From Vicinamibacterales bacterium (GTDB lineage Bacteria > Acidobacteriota > Vicinamibacteria > Vicinamibacterales > UBA8438), in the NCBI GenBank assembly GCA_965204675.1, contig OZ242003.1, positions 4,371,686 to 4,435,685 on the forward strand: a stretch of DNA of 64,000 bases, given 5' to 3'. Position numbers and translations under genes: made by a program. A model generated the notes under the pieces. The model saw nothing but the letters and a program-made list of their open reading frames with translations, made no database searches and was not told where the DNA came from. Below are positions 19,749-30,024 of this stretch, one piece after another. Numbering within the stretch: the first letter of the stretch is position 1; the number at the start of each line of letters is the position of its first letter.

Positions 19749-20444
19749 ATGGCCGCGTTGCGCGTTCTCCTCGTCGAAGATCACCGGGAGCTCGCGGAGA
19801 CCACCGGCGCGTTCCTCGAGTCGTGCGGCCACACCGTCGACTACGCCGCCGACGGCCTCGGGGCCCTCCACCTCGCCCTCACCGGCGACTACGACGTGGT
19901 GGTGCTCGACGTCATGCTGCCGGGGCCCGACGGCATCGAGGTGTGCGCGCGGCTGCGCCGCGAGGCGAAGCGCTCCACCCCCATCATCATGCTCACCGCG
20001 CGCGACCGGCTCGAGGACAAGCTCGCCGGCTTCGACGCGGGGGCCGACGACTACCTCGTCAAGCCGTTCGACCTGCCGGAGCTCGTGGCCCGCGTCGAGG
20101 CGCTGGCCCGCCGCCGTCAGGGGCTCGCCGCGCGCTTCGCGATCGGCGACCTCGTGCTCGACGCCGACACCCTGCAGGTGACGCGGGCGGGGCGCCCGGT
20201 GACGCTGTCGAGGTCCGCGTTCACCATTCTCAACGTCCTCGTGCGCGAGCACCCGCGGGTGGTGTCCCGCCGGCAGATCGAGCGCGAGCTCTGGGGCGAG
20301 GACCCGCCCGACAGCGACGCGCTGCGCAGCCACCTCTACAACCTTCGCCGGGCCGTGGACAAGCCGTTCGGCGCCCCGATGATCCACACCGTGACCGGCA
20401 GCGGCTACTGCATCCGCGCCTCGGGAGAGGCGGCCCCGGACTGA
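19749..20444 (+). CDS. OmpR-family response regulator
   Basis: LLVEDH, LDVMLPGPDG, LTARD, GADDYLVKPF, C-terminal winged helix (IHTVTGSGY). Confidence 0.95.
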   Translation: MAALRVLLVEDHRELAETTGAFLESCGHTVDYAADGLGALHLALTGDYDVVVLDVMLPGPDGIEVCARLRREAKRSTPIIMLTARDRLEDKLAGFDAGADDYLVKPFDLPELVARVEALARRRQGLAARFAIGDLVLDADTLQVTRAGRPVTLSRSAFTILNVLVREHPRVVSRRQIERELWGEDPPDSDALRSHLYNLRRAVDKPFGAPMIHTVTGSGYCIRASGEAAPD

Positions 20445-20481
20445 ACCGCGGACCGGCGGCGGCCGCGCCCTCCCCCGCCGT

Positions 20482-21762
20482 TCACGGAAACCGAATCTCC
20501 ATCGACGTGCCCTGCCCCGGCTGGCTGCGGGCCGTGATCTGCCAGCCGAACTGCCGGCTCAGGCGGCGCACGATGGACAGGCCCAGCCCGTGGCCTTCGG
20601 CACCGCGGCGGCTCTCGTCGGCCCGGTAGAAGGGCTCGAAGGCGTTGGCGAGCTGCGCCCGGGACATCCCGCTGCCGGTGTCCTCCACCGTCAGGCTGTC
20701 GGCGGTGACGACGACGTCGATCTTCCCGCCGCGGGTGTGGTTGACGGCGTTGCGCAGCAGGTTGCCGAAAACGATGCGCACCACCCGGGCCGGCGCGCGC
20801 ACGCGCAGCTCCTCGCGCTCGTGCAGGCACACCGTGTCGCCGGCCCGGGCCGCCTGCGCCGCGAGGACCCCGATCTCGCTCGCGGCCACGTCGTTGACCA
20901 CGGTCTCCTCCGCCCCCGGCACCACCTCCCCGCGGGCGAGCAGCAGCAGGGTCTCGAGCAGCGCCTCCATGTCGTCGACGGTGCGGCGCATGCGCGACAG
21001 CGTCTCCCGTTCCCGCTCCGGGCGGTCCCCATCGTCGCGCTCGAGCAGATCGAGCGACCCCTTCAGCACCGCCACCGGGGTGCGCAGCTCGTGCCCGGCG
21101 TCGCGCGTGAACACGCGCTCCCGCTCGATGGCCGCGTCCACCCGGGCCGCCAACTGGTCCAGCGCCTCTATCATCGCGGCCAGCTCGGCGTCGGCGGTCT
21201 CGCGCAGGGGGCCGAGGTCGACCCGCACCCGGCCCGTGCTCTCGAAGTCGACCTCCCCCAACTGCCGCGCCAGCCGGACGACGGGCGACAGCGCGCGGTG
21301 CGACCACCGGTAGGCCACGAACAGCAGCACGTACATGAGCAGCAGCACCACCGACAACGGCAGCAAACCGAAGTAGAACGTGAGGTCGGAGACGCTGTCC
21401 TCCTCGAACACGAGGTACAGACGCCGGCCGCCGCGCGCCGAGACGTGCACCAGCCGGTCACGCCCGTCGACGGGGCGGCGGCCGAACCCCGGATCGAGGC
21501 CCGCGAGATCGTCGGGCGGCGGCGGGAAGCCGGGCGCGGCGAAGTAGCCGCGCAGATTGGCGGTGTTCGGCAGGGGTTGCGCGGGGTCGGCGTCCGCGAG
21601 CTCCCAGAAATGCTCGGCCTCGAGGTCGAGGGCGCGCCGCGTCAGCAGGTCCTCGACCACCACCCGGGTGACGTAGACGCCGACCACGGTGGCGAGCCCG
21701 ATCACCGCCACCTGGGCCGCGAAGACCCGCCCGAGCCGCGCGCGCAGGCCCCGGCGGTTCAC
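20482..21762 (-). CDS. membrane sensor histidine kinase (ColS-like)
   Basis: Two TMs, H-box DAGHELRTP, N-box NLLRNA, DTGSG, GHGLGLSIV; GTGA overlap with the upstream methyltransferase stop. Confidence 0.9.
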   Translation of the reverse strand: MNRRGLRARLGRVFAAQVAVIGLATVVGVYVTRVVVEDLLTRRALDLEAEHFWELADADPAQPLPNTANLRGYFAAPGFPPPPDDLAGLDPGFGRRPVDGRDRLVHVSARGGRRLYLVFEEDSVSDLTFYFGLLPLSVVLLLMYVLLFVAYRWSHRALSPVVRLARQLGEVDFESTGRVRVDLGPLRETADAELAAMIEALDQLAARVDAAIERERVFTRDAGHELRTPVAVLKGSLDLLERDDGDRPERERETLSRMRRTVDDMEALLETLLLLARGEVVPGAEETVVNDVAASEIGVLAAQAARAGDTVCLHEREELRVRAPARVVRIVFGNLLRNAVNHTRGGKIDVVVTADSLTVEDTGSGMSRAQLANAFEPFYRADESRRGAEGHGLGLSIVRRLSRQFGWQITARSQPGQGTSMEIRFP

Positions 21763-22823
21763 CCCGCGCCTCCCGGGCCGGCGCATTCGGGCGCGAGCAG
21801 GTAGTGGCCGACCTGCCACTCGGTCCCTCCGGCAAAGCCGAAAAGCTCCTCGCAGGCCATGAAGAAGATGCGCCAGCGCTGCAACCGCAAGCCCGCAGGT
21901 TCCCCGCCGGGCCCGGCCAGGGCGCCGGCGGCGGCGGCGCGGTCCGCGTCCAGGTTCGCCAGCCACGCCCGAATCGTGTCGCGGTAGTGGCGGCCGTCCA
22001 GCATCCACTGCCCCGCCAGCCGCAGCCGGCCCTGGAACTCGGCCAGCGTGTCCTGCGCCGGCATCAGCCCCTCGGAGAAGAACAGGCGCCCCATCCAGTC
22101 GTCGCTTCCCGTGCTCTCGAACCGGTACATGAGCGAACGGTGGCAGAACACGTGGACGAAGAGCGCGCCGGCGGGCGCCAGCCACCCCGCAATGCGGTCG
22201 AGCAGGAGCCGGTAGTTGCGCATGTGCTCGAACATCTCGACCGACACCACGCGGTCGAAGCGCCCGGCCGGCGCCCAGTCGTTGACATCGGCGGTGCACG
22301 CGGCGACGTTGTCGAGCCCGAGCTCGCGGGCGCGCGCGTCGATGAACCTCCCCTGCGCGGCCGAGTTCGACAGCGCCACCACGCGGCTCGCGGGGTAGCG
22401 GCGCGCCGCCCACAGGGCGAACGCGCCCCAGCCGCAGCCGAGGTCCAGGATGCGCATGCCGTCCTCGATGCCCGCCCGCGCCGCCGTCAGCTCGAGCATC
22501 GAGGTCTCTGCCGCGGCGAGGTCCCCCACCCCCGGGGGCCAGTGGCAGGCGCTGTACTTCATGCGCGGGCCGAGCACGGCGCGGAAGAACGCGGGCGGCA
22601 CCTCGTAGTGCTGCGCGTTGGCGAGGTCGGGGCGCGCGGCTATGGGTCCGCGGCGAAGCTCCTCGAGCAGGGCGCGGCGGCGCGCCAGCCGTCGTTCGGC
22701 GTCGTGCGCCGCCTCCTCGCGCAGGCGCCGGCGCAGGAGCAGGCGGATGCCGGCGCGGATCGCGGCGTCCGGCAGGCACCCGGAATCGGCGAGCCGCATG
22801 AGGCCGCTGAGGACCGTCACCAC
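21759..22823 (-). CDS. Cfa-family SAM-dependent methyltransferase (second copy)
   Basis: ANAQHYEVP, MKYS, ILDLGCGWG, FDRVVSVEMFEHMRNY, WRIFFMACEELF. Confidence 0.88.
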   Translation of the reverse strand: MVTVLSGLMRLADSGCLPDAAIRAGIRLLLRRRLREEAAHDAERRLARRRALLEELRRGPIAARPDLANAQHYEVPPAFFRAVLGPRMKYSACHWPPGVGDLAAAETSMLELTAARAGIEDGMRILDLGCGWGAFALWAARRYPASRVVALSNSAAQGRFIDARARELGLDNVAACTADVNDWAPAGRFDRVVSVEMFEHMRNYRLLLDRIAGWLAPAGALFVHVFCHRSLMYRFESTGSDDWMGRLFFSEGLMPAQDTLAEFQGRLRLAGQWMLDGRHYRDTIRAWLANLDADRAAAAGALAGPGGEPAGLRLQRWRIFFMACEELFGFAGGTEWQVGHYLLAPECAGPGGAG

Positions 22824-22890
22824 GTCTCCCCCGCCGCGCCGCGCGTCGGCCCGGTGCGGCCGTGCATCGGATACATGGGGCGGGCCGGTG

Positions 22891-24264
22891 TCACCACGAG
22901 CCTCCCGCCGCACCGCGCGTCGGCCCCCGGTACCCGGGCATCGCGAACAGCATCTGCACGTCGCTGATCGCGCGCTCCAGGAAGCCGCCCTCGCAGTAGG
23001 CGAAGTAGAAGCGCCACTGCCGCAGGAAGCGCTCCTCGAACCCGAGGGCGGCGATGTCGGCGCGGCGGGCCTCGAACCGGCGGCTCCACTCCCGCAGGGT
23101 GCGCGCGTAGTCCTGGCCGATGTCCTCGAGGTCGATGAGCACCGCGTCGGCATGCCGGGCGGCGGCGTCCACGAGCACCGACACGCTCGGCACGAAGCCG
23201 CCGGGGAAGATGTGCTTCTTGATGAAGTCCACCGAGCGCAGCGCCTGCCGGTAGCGCTGGTCGCGAATGGTGATGGCCTGCAGCGCGAGCAGCCCGTGGG
23301 GCCGGAGCAGCCGCGCGCAGGCCCGGAAGTACGCGGGCAGGAAGCGGTGGCCCACCGCTTCGATCATCTCCACCGACACGAGCTTGTCGAACCGCCCCGT
23401 CAGGTCGCGGTAGTCGGCGAGCACGACGTCGACGCGCCCGTCCAGGCCGCGCTCCCGCACCAGGGTCCGCGCGTGGTCGGCCTGGGCCGGGGACAGCGTG
23501 ACGGTGGTCACCCGGCACCCGAACCGCTCCGCGGCATGCACGGCGAGGCCGCCCCAGCCCCCGCCGATCTCCAGCAGCTCCTCGCCGGGGGCGAGGCGCA
23601 GCTTGCGGCACAGGCGCTCGATCTTGGCCGTGCTCGCCGCCTCGAGCGACTCACAGCCGTCGTCGAACACCGCCGCCGAGTACATCATGTGCTCGTCGAG
23701 GAAGAGCCGGAAGAAGTCGTTGCCGAGATCGTAGTGGGCCTCGACGTTGCGGGCGCTGCCGCGCCGGCTGTTGCGCCGCGCGAGGTGGCGCAGCGCGTCC
23801 GCGCAGGTCGCGACGAGCCCCCGGCGGCGGTCGACGTCGTCCTGGGTGCGCCGGTCACGGGTCAGCAGCCTCACGAGACCGACGAGGTCGTCGCACTCCC
23901 AGTCGCCGTCCACGTAGCTCTCGCCGGCGCCGAGGACGCCCCCGTACACGGCCCGCCGGTAGAACGCCGGCGAGTTGACGACGATGCGAACGGCGGGCTC
24001 GCCGCCGCCGTGCACGGTCTCGGCGCCGCCGTCGGCGACGGTGACGGTGCCGCCGCACAGCCCCTCCAGGGCGCGGTGCAGGACGCGTCGGGCCGCGCCG
24101 GTCCGCCAGTCGCCGCGTCGAGGCGCCGCCCCGGCACCGACCACGCCCCCGGGCGGCCGCGCCGTTCCGCCGCCAGCCCACCGACCGTCGCCTGGCGGCT
24201 CCGCCTGGCGCCCGACCAACCCTCCCGCAGTCCGCGCCGTTCCATGGCGCATGCTGCTACCCAT
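22891..24264 (-). CDS. cfa: cyclopropane-fatty-acyl-phospholipid synthase family methyltransferase (UfaM-like)
   Basis: HYDLGNDFF, MMYS, LEIGGGWGG, SVEMIEAVG, FIKKHIFPGG, FAYCEGGF. Start at 24264 or 24252. Confidence 0.88.
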   Translation of the reverse strand: MGSSMRHGTARTAGGLVGRQAEPPGDGRWAGGGTARPPGGVVGAGAAPRRGDWRTGAARRVLHRALEGLCGGTVTVADGGAETVHGGGEPAVRIVVNSPAFYRRAVYGGVLGAGESYVDGDWECDDLVGLVRLLTRDRRTQDDVDRRRGLVATCADALRHLARRNSRRGSARNVEAHYDLGNDFFRLFLDEHMMYSAAVFDDGCESLEAASTAKIERLCRKLRLAPGEELLEIGGGWGGLAVHAAERFGCRVTTVTLSPAQADHARTLVRERGLDGRVDVVLADYRDLTGRFDKLVSVEMIEAVGHRFLPAYFRACARLLRPHGLLALQAITIRDQRYRQALRSVDFIKKHIFPGGFVPSVSVLVDAAARHADAVLIDLEDIGQDYARTLREWSRRFEARRADIAALGFEERFLRQWRFYFAYCEGGFLERAISDVQMLFAMPGYRGPTRGAAGGSW

Positions 24265-24536
24265 CGATCCGCCCTCGCGCGCGCACTCCCGCCGGATGAG
24301 CATGGGACCGCGCGCCCTTCAGGAGCAACTGCCCCGCCTGCCAGTAGAGGCTACCCATCGCTCCGCCCTCGCGCGCGCACGCCCGCCGGATGAGCACGGA
24401 ACCGCGCGCCCTTCAGGAGCAACTGCCCCGCCTGCCAGTAGAGGCTACCCATCGCTCCGCCCTCGCGCGCGCACGCCCGCCGGATGAGGATGGAACGGGG
24501 CGCCCTTCAGGAACAGCCGCCCCGCCTGCCAGTAGA
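24256..24536. repeat. 3 x 94-bp tandem duplication of the DUF1365 3' end / cfa start junction
   Basis: Units begin GCTACCCATCG at 24256, 24350 and 24444. Confidence 0.92.
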
Positions 24537-25182
24537 TGCGGGCCAGCGTCGCCGCGTTCTGCGCCGGGGCGCGCAGCAGGCCGCCCAGCACGGCGCGGCG
24601 GGTCAGCGCCTCGGCGGCCAGGGAGAGCACCGCGCCGAACGTCCGCCGGCCGCCGGGGTCGAAGCGCATCGCGATGCGGATGCGGTCGGCCGTCAGCGAG
24701 AACCGCATCCGGTAGCGTCCGCCCATGGGCAGGAACGGCGAGACGTGCAGCCGCTTGGCGGGTCCGAAGCGGCAGCCCCCCCGGCCCCGCGCGTCCAGCA
24801 CGTAGCAGTGCCTTTCGTTCCAGGGCGTGCTGCGCACGTCGGCGAGGATGGCCGCGCACTCCCCGCCGGCGTGACAGAAGTAGAAGTTGACGGGGTTGAA
24901 GGACACGCCCGCCGAGCGCGGCTGCGTCAGCGCGAGGATGCGTTCCGGCCGGACGTCGATGCCCGCGCCCGCCAACCGCGCCGCCGCCTCGCCGCGGGTC
25001 AGCAGGTGGCCGCGGTCGACGGATACCGGCAATCGGCCCCAGGGCGGTCGGCCCGCGCCGACGCGGTCGAGGTCCACCAGCAGCATCCAGACGCGGTACC
25101 GGAAGACGTGGCGCACGGGATGCGCGCGGGCGTGGACGACCCAGCCCCGGCAACTCGACTCGCGCAAGAGCTCAGGCGGCAT
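24445..25182 (-). CDS. DUF1365 family protein (UfaO-like)
   Basis: H.R..PVRHVFRY, FNPVNFYFC, TPWNERHCY, KRLHVSPF, IYWQA.RL..KG.PFHPHP. Confidence 0.9.
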   Translation of the reverse strand: MPPELLRESSCRGWVVHARAHPVRHVFRYRVWMLLVDLDRVGAGRPPWGRLPVSVDRGHLLTRGEAAARLAGAGIDVRPERILALTQPRSAGVSFNPVNFYFCHAGGECAAILADVRSTPWNERHCYVLDARGRGGCRFGPAKRLHVSPFLPMGGRYRMRFSLTADRIRIAMRFDPGGRRTFGAVLSLAAEALTRRAVLGGLLRAPAQNAATLARIYWQAGRLFLKGAPFHPHPAGVRARGRSDG

Positions 25183-26425
25183 CGCGAAGTTCCCGGCGGA
25201 GGGCGTCGACCGCGTCGACGGCGCTGCGGAAGCCGTCCTCGTGGAAGCCCCAGCCCCAGTACGCGCCGCAGTAGTACGTGCCGTCCACCCCGTTGATCTC
25301 ATCCCGCCGCGTCTGCGCCCGCCGCGCCTCGGGGGTGAAGACCGGATGCGCGTAGTCGCGTTCGATCCATACCTGCCGCGGCGGCCCCTGCGGGTTCAGC
25401 GTGACGAAGAACTGCTGCCCGCCGGCGATGCCCTGCAGGCGGTTCATCCAGTAGGTGACCCGGCAGCTCGTCACGCCGCCGCGCTCGGTCGCGGTGACGT
25501 TCCAGCTCGACCACGCGGCCCGACGGCGAGGCATCGCCGAGGGGTCGGAGTGGACCACCGCCCGGTTGCGCCGGTACTTCAGCGCGCCGAGCACCTCGCG
25601 CTCGACCGGCGTGGGCGCGAGCAGGGCCAGGGCCTGATCGGCGTGGCACGCCAGCACGACGCGGTCGAAGGGCTCCAATGCGCCGCCCGCGGTCGCCACG
25701 CGCATCCCGCCCCGCCCCCGTTCGACGCGCTCGACCGGACGGCCGACGCGACGGCGGCCCCGGAAGCGCCGCGCGAACGCGTCGACGTAGGCGCTCGAGC
25801 CCCCCACGACGACGCGCCACCGCGGCCGGCCGCGCAGCGTCAGCAGCCCGTGATTGGCCATGAACGCGGCCACGTGCGCGACCGACGTCTCGCCGGCGCC
25901 CGCCAGCGGCGCCGACCAGAGGGCCGCGCACATGGGCAGCAGGTGGTCGTCGACGAAGGGCTTCGGGTAACGCTCTGCGTCGAGGAACTCGCCCAGCGTG
26001 CGCGCGTCGTCGGCCGCGACCTGTCCCGCTTCGCGGTAGAAGCGGCGGATTCCGCGCAGCATCGACAGGAACCGCAGGCTGATCAGGTTGCGGCGGTGGC
26101 AGAACAACGCGCCGAGGCTCGCGGTGCCGTACTCGACGGCGGCGGCGCCGTCCTCCTCGCGACGCACCGAGAACGACATGTCGGTGGGCCGCGAGGCCAC
26201 GCCCAGCTCGTCGAGCCACGCCGAGAACAACGGGTAGTGCGTGCGGTTGAAGACGATGAAGCCCGAGTCCACCGCGCAGGCCCGACCGTTCACCAGCAGG
26301 TTGTGGGTGTCGGTGTGGCCGCCGAGGCGCGGCCTCGCCTCGAACAGGGTGACGTCGGCGAAGTCCTGCAGGGCCCAGGCCGCGGCCATTCCCGCGATGC
26401 CCCCGCCGACCACCGCCACGCGCAT
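25172..26425 (-). CDS. FAD-dependent oxidoreductase (amine-oxidase family, UfaD-like)
   Basis: VAVVGGGIAG, RLGGHT, VDSGFIVFN, AAWSSWN, TYWMNRLQ, YAHP, WGFHEDG. Confidence 0.9.
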   Translation of the reverse strand: MRVAVVGGGIAGMAAAWALQDFADVTLFEARPRLGGHTDTHNLLVNGRACAVDSGFIVFNRTHYPLFSAWLDELGVASRPTDMSFSVRREEDGAAAVEYGTASLGALFCHRRNLISLRFLSMLRGIRRFYREAGQVAADDARTLGEFLDAERYPKPFVDDHLLPMCAALWSAPLAGAGETSVAHVAAFMANHGLLTLRGRPRWRVVVGGSSAYVDAFARRFRGRRRVGRPVERVERGRGGMRVATAGGALEPFDRVVLACHADQALALLAPTPVEREVLGALKYRRNRAVVHSDPSAMPRRRAAWSSWNVTATERGGVTSCRVTYWMNRLQGIAGGQQFFVTLNPQGPPRQVWIERDYAHPVFTPEARRAQTRRDEINGVDGTYYCGAYWGWGFHEDGFRSAVDAVDALRRELRDAA

Positions 26426-27300
26426 CACCCGCGGTCTCCGGACACCGTCTTCAGGTCGCGGACGAGGCCGACCCCGGCCATGAGCCGCAGCACGAGCCAG
26501 CCGGGGTCGAGCTCCCACCAGCGCAGCCCCAGCCGGGCCGAGGCGCTGTGGCGGTGGTGGTTGTTGTGCCACCCCTCGCCCATCGTGATCGCGGCCAGCC
26601 ACCAACTGTTGCGACTCCGATCCCGGGTCTCGTACGACCGTCGGCCGTGGCGATGGCCCAGGGAGTTGACGAGGAACGTCGCGTGCATCAGGGCCACGGT
26701 GGCGACGACGTAGCCCCACACCAGCATCTGCCAGCCGCCGGTCCCGGGATACGCGGGCCGCAATGCCTCCCCGAGCGCGAACATCGCGGCCGCCCAGACC
26801 ACCGGCGGGACCAGGTCGTACCGGTTCAACCAGCGCAGCTCGGGGAAGCGGGCGAGGTCGGGCACGCGCTCGAGGCGGGTGTCGAACGCGGCCCGGCACA
26901 GGAACCAGCCCATGTGCGACCACCAGAAGCCGCGCGTGGAATCGTGCGGATCGCCGCTGCCGTCGGCGTGGGCATGGTGGTTCCGATGGTGGGCCACCCA
27001 CCACAAGGGCCCGCGCTGGGTCGCCGCCGTCCCGAGGAAGGCGAAGACGAACTGCACGACGCGCCCCGTCCGGAACGCCCGGTGGGCAAGCCCGCGGTGA
27101 AAGAACGCGCTGATCGCGAACGCGCGCACCGCGTAGGACGCCAGCGCCACCCACAGCGCGACCCCGCTCCACCCGACCCACCAAACCGCCGCGCAGGCCG
27201 CGTGCAGGGCCACGAAGGGCACGATGCGCAACCAGTCCACCGCCTCGTCGCCGGGACCGGCGCGGCGCCCCGTGTCGAACCATCTGATGACCGTGTCCAC
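26425..27300 (-). CDS. acyl-CoA (delta-9-type) fatty acid desaturase
   Basis: His boxes HRGLAH, HRNHH and HNNHH; TM segments; GTG start. Confidence 0.92.
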   Translation of the reverse strand: MDTVIRWFDTGRRAGPGDEAVDWLRIVPFVALHAACAAVWWVGWSGVALWVALASYAVRAFAISAFFHRGLAHRAFRTGRVVQFVFAFLGTAATQRGPLWWVAHHRNHHAHADGSGDPHDSTRGFWWSHMGWFLCRAAFDTRLERVPDLARFPELRWLNRYDLVPPVVWAAAMFALGEALRPAYPGTGGWQMLVWGYVVATVALMHATFLVNSLGHRHGRRSYETRDRSRNSWWLAAITMGEGWHNNHHRHSASARLGLRWWELDPGWLVLRLMAGVGLVRDLKTVSGDRG

Positions 27301-27485
27301 CGCTCTCGCTCCGTCGATGCTCGTCGCGCTACCCGATCCAGGCTACGGCCTTCGCCGTGAAGCCGGCGTGAGGGAACCGCCCGCGCGCCTTCACGCCGTC
27401 TTGACGCGCGGAACGGTAGGCCGGGACTCGAGCCGGGACCGGTAAGCGACCGGGTCGGGACGGGCGAGCTCGACGCGATGGGACG

Positions 27486-27651
27486 CTAGCAGCCCGTGGT
27501 GGAAGTCCCCGCTGCATTCGAGCAGCGATGCATCCCGCCTGACTGCGTTGTTCGTCGGTTACATATGCCCAACATGCGCCCTCCTCACGCCTTGTCAGGC
27601 GGGCGCCTCGCTGCTCTCGGTGCAACGCGGGGCTCCACCACGGGCTGCTAG
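27486..27651. mobile_element. MITE-like repeat family A, complete 166-bp copy
   Basis: Perfect 18-bp terminal inverted repeats CTAGCAGCCCGTGGTGGA / TCCACCACGGGCTGCTAG with a long internal imperfect palindrome; no coding capacity. Confidence 0.8.
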
Positions 27652-30014
27652 AGGCCGGCGCCCTTGTCCTTCAGAATCCGCCACACCTTCTCGGGCGTGA
27701 TCGGAATGTCGATGTGCCGCACGCCGAGGTGCGCCAGCGCGTCGACCACGGCGTTGACGATGGCCGGCGGCGCGCCGACGGTGGCCGACTCGCCGACCCC
27801 CTTCGCGCCCTGCGGATGATGCGGCGACGGGGTCACGGTCTTGTCGGTCTCCCACCGCGGCGTCTCCATGGCGGTGGGGACCAGGTAGTCCATGAAGCTC
27901 CCGCCCGAGATGTTGCCGTTCTCGTCGTAGCTGATCTCCTCGAGCAGGGCCGGCGCCATGCCCATGGTGAGGCCGCCGTGGATCTGCCCGTCGACGATCA
28001 TGGGGTTGATGATGTTGCCGCAGTCGTCCACCGCCACGAAGCGGCGTATCTTCACCTCTCCCGTCCCGCGGTCGACGTCGACGACGCAGATGTAGCTGCC
28101 GAACGGGAACGTCAGGTTCGGCGGGTCGTAGTACGAGACCGCCTCGAGGCCGCCCTCCATGCCGGGCGGGTGGTTGGTGTAGGCCGCGAACGCGATCTCC
28201 TGGATGGTCTTCGTCTTCTGCGGCGCGCCCTTGACCGAGAAGGCGCCCGGCGTCCATTCCAGGTCGTCCTCGCTCACCTCGAGCAGGTAGGCGGCGATCT
28301 TCTTCGCCTTGTCGCGCACCTTGCGCGCGGCCATCGCCCCCGCCGCGCCGGCCGTCGGCGTCGAGCGGCTGGCGTAGGTGCCCAGCCCGTAAGGGGCGGT
28401 GTCGGTGTCGCCCTCCTCGATCTCGATGTGGGCGGCGGGGATGCCGAGCTCCTCGGCGAGCACCTGCGCGTAGGTGGTCTCGTGGCCCTGGCCCTGCGAC
28501 TTGGTGCCGAAGCGGGCGGTCGCCTTGCCGGTGGGATGGACCCGGATCTCGCACGAGTCGAACATCTTGAGGCCGAGGATGTCGAAGTGCTTCGAGGGCC
28601 CGGCGCCGACGATCTCGGTGAAGCTGGAGATGCCGATGCCCATCAGCTCGCCCCGGTCCCGCTTCTCGGCCTGCTCCTTTCGCAGCTCGGCGTAGCCGAT
28701 GCGCTCCATCGCCTTCCGGAGGGCGCCGTGGTAGTCGCCGCTGTCGTACTCCCACCCCAGCACCGACTTGTAGGGGAACTCGTCCGCCGGGATGAAGTTC
28801 TTGAGGCGCAGATCGGCGGGGTCCATCCCCAGCTCGAGGGCCACGATGTCGGTGAGCCGCTCGATGGTGTGGACGGCCTCGGTCACCCGGAACGAGCAGC
28901 GGTAGGCGATGCCGCCCGGCGGCTTGTTCGTGTACACGCCGTCCACCTCGGCGAAGGCGTGCTTCAGGTCGTAGGACCCGGTGACGATGGAGAACAGGCC
29001 GGCCGGGAACTTCGACGGGTTGGCGGCGGCGTCGGTGTAGCCGTGGTCGGCCACCGTCTTGATCTTGAGGGCGGTGAGGGTGCCGTCCTTCGTCGCCCCG
29101 AGCTCGGCCTTCAGGTGGTAGTCGCGCGCGAACGAGTCGGCCTGCAGGTTCTCCATCCGGTCCTCGACCCACTTGATGGGCTTGCCCACCACGACCGACG
29201 CGGCAATCGCGAGCACGTACCCCGGATAGACGGGCACCTTGCCCCCGAACCCGCCGCCGATGTCCGGGGAGATGACCTGGATCTTCTCCTCCGACAGCCC
29301 GACGTGGCCGGCCACGAGGGCCAGCACGGTGCGGATGGCGTGCGGCGCCTGCGTGGTCATGTAGACGCGGAGCTTGCCCATGACCCGGTCGAAGTCGGCG
29401 ACGCAGCCGCACGTCTCGATGGACGCGACGTGGATGCGCGGAATGTAGATGTCCTGCTTGACGACGACGTCGGCGCCGGCCAGCGCGGTGTCCGTCGCGG
29501 CCCGGTCCCCCACCTCCCAGTGGAAGATGTGGTTGTCCTTCTTGTCCTCCTTGTCGGTGCGCAGCACCGGCGCGTCGGGCTCGAGCGCCTTGAACGGATC
29601 GACGACGACCGGCAGCGGCTCGTAGTCCACCTCCACCGCCTCGACCCCGTCGGCCGCCGCGTAGCGGTCGGTGGCGACCACCGCCGCCACCTCCTGCGCC
29701 TGGTACATGACCTTCTCGGTCGGCAGCACCATCTGGGTGTCGGACATCAGGGTCGGCATCCAGTGCAGGTTGTACTGCTCCAGGGTCTCGCCGGTGATGA
29801 CCGCGAGCACCCCGGGGATCTCGAGCGCCTTCGCCGTATCGATGGACTTGATGCGGGCATGGGCGAACGGGCTGCGGACGATGTCGAGGTAGAGCATCCC
29901 CGGAAGCTGGATGTCGTCCACGTAGTTGCCCTGGCCGCGGATGAAGCGCGGGTCCTCCTTGCGCTTCATCGAGTGGCCCATCCCGCACACTTCCGGCGTC
30001 GTCTGGGGTGCCAT
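27648..30014 (-). CDS. coxL: aerobic carbon monoxide dehydrogenase large subunit, form I
   Basis: Form I active-site motif AYRCSFR; [40 protein letters not shown]. Confidence 0.97.
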   Translation of the reverse strand: MAPQTTPEVCGMGHSMKRKEDPRFIRGQGNYVDDIQLPGMLYLDIVRSPFAHARIKSIDTAKALEIPGVLAVITGETLEQYNLHWMPTLMSDTQMVLPTEKVMYQAQEVAAVVATDRYAAADGVEAVEVDYEPLPVVVDPFKALEPDAPVLRTDKEDKKDNHIFHWEVGDRAATDTALAGADVVVKQDIYIPRIHVASIETCGCVADFDRVMGKLRVYMTTQAPHAIRTVLALVAGHVGLSEEKIQVISPDIGGGFGGKVPVYPGYVLAIAASVVVGKPIKWVEDRMENLQADSFARDYHLKAELGATKDGTLTALKIKTVADHGYTDAAANPSKFPAGLFSIVTGSYDLKHAFAEVDGVYTNKPPGGIAYRCSFRVTEAVHTIERLTDIVALELGMDPADLRLKNFIPADEFPYKSVLGWEYDSGDYHGALRKAMERIGYAELRKEQAEKRDRGELMGIGISSFTEIVGAGPSKHFDILGLKMFDSCEIRVHPTGKATARFGTKSQGQGHETTYAQVLAEELGIPAAHIEIEEGDTDTAPYGLGTYASRSTPTAGAAGAMAARKVRDKAKKIAAYLLEVSEDDLEWTPGAFSVKGAPQKTKTIQEIAFAAYTNHPPGMEGGLEAVSYYDPPNLTFPFGSYICVVDVDRGTGEVKIRRFVAVDDCGNIINPMIVDGQIHGGLTMGMAPALLEEISYDENGNISGGSFMDYLVPTAMETPRWETDKTVTPSPHHPQGAKGVGESATVGAPPAIVNAVVDALAHLGVRHIDIPITPEKVWRILKDKGAGL

Positions 30015-30024
30015 GGTTTCTCTC

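Noticed and set aside
24256-24536. 94-bp repeats as a CRISPR array
   Set aside because: Whole units are near-identical with no unique spacers and derive from the DUF1365 coding end.
27329-27625. ORF containing AYVTDEQRSQ, similar to AYATEEQRSQ at 4612
   Set aside because: Both are translations of MITE family A, not a protein family.
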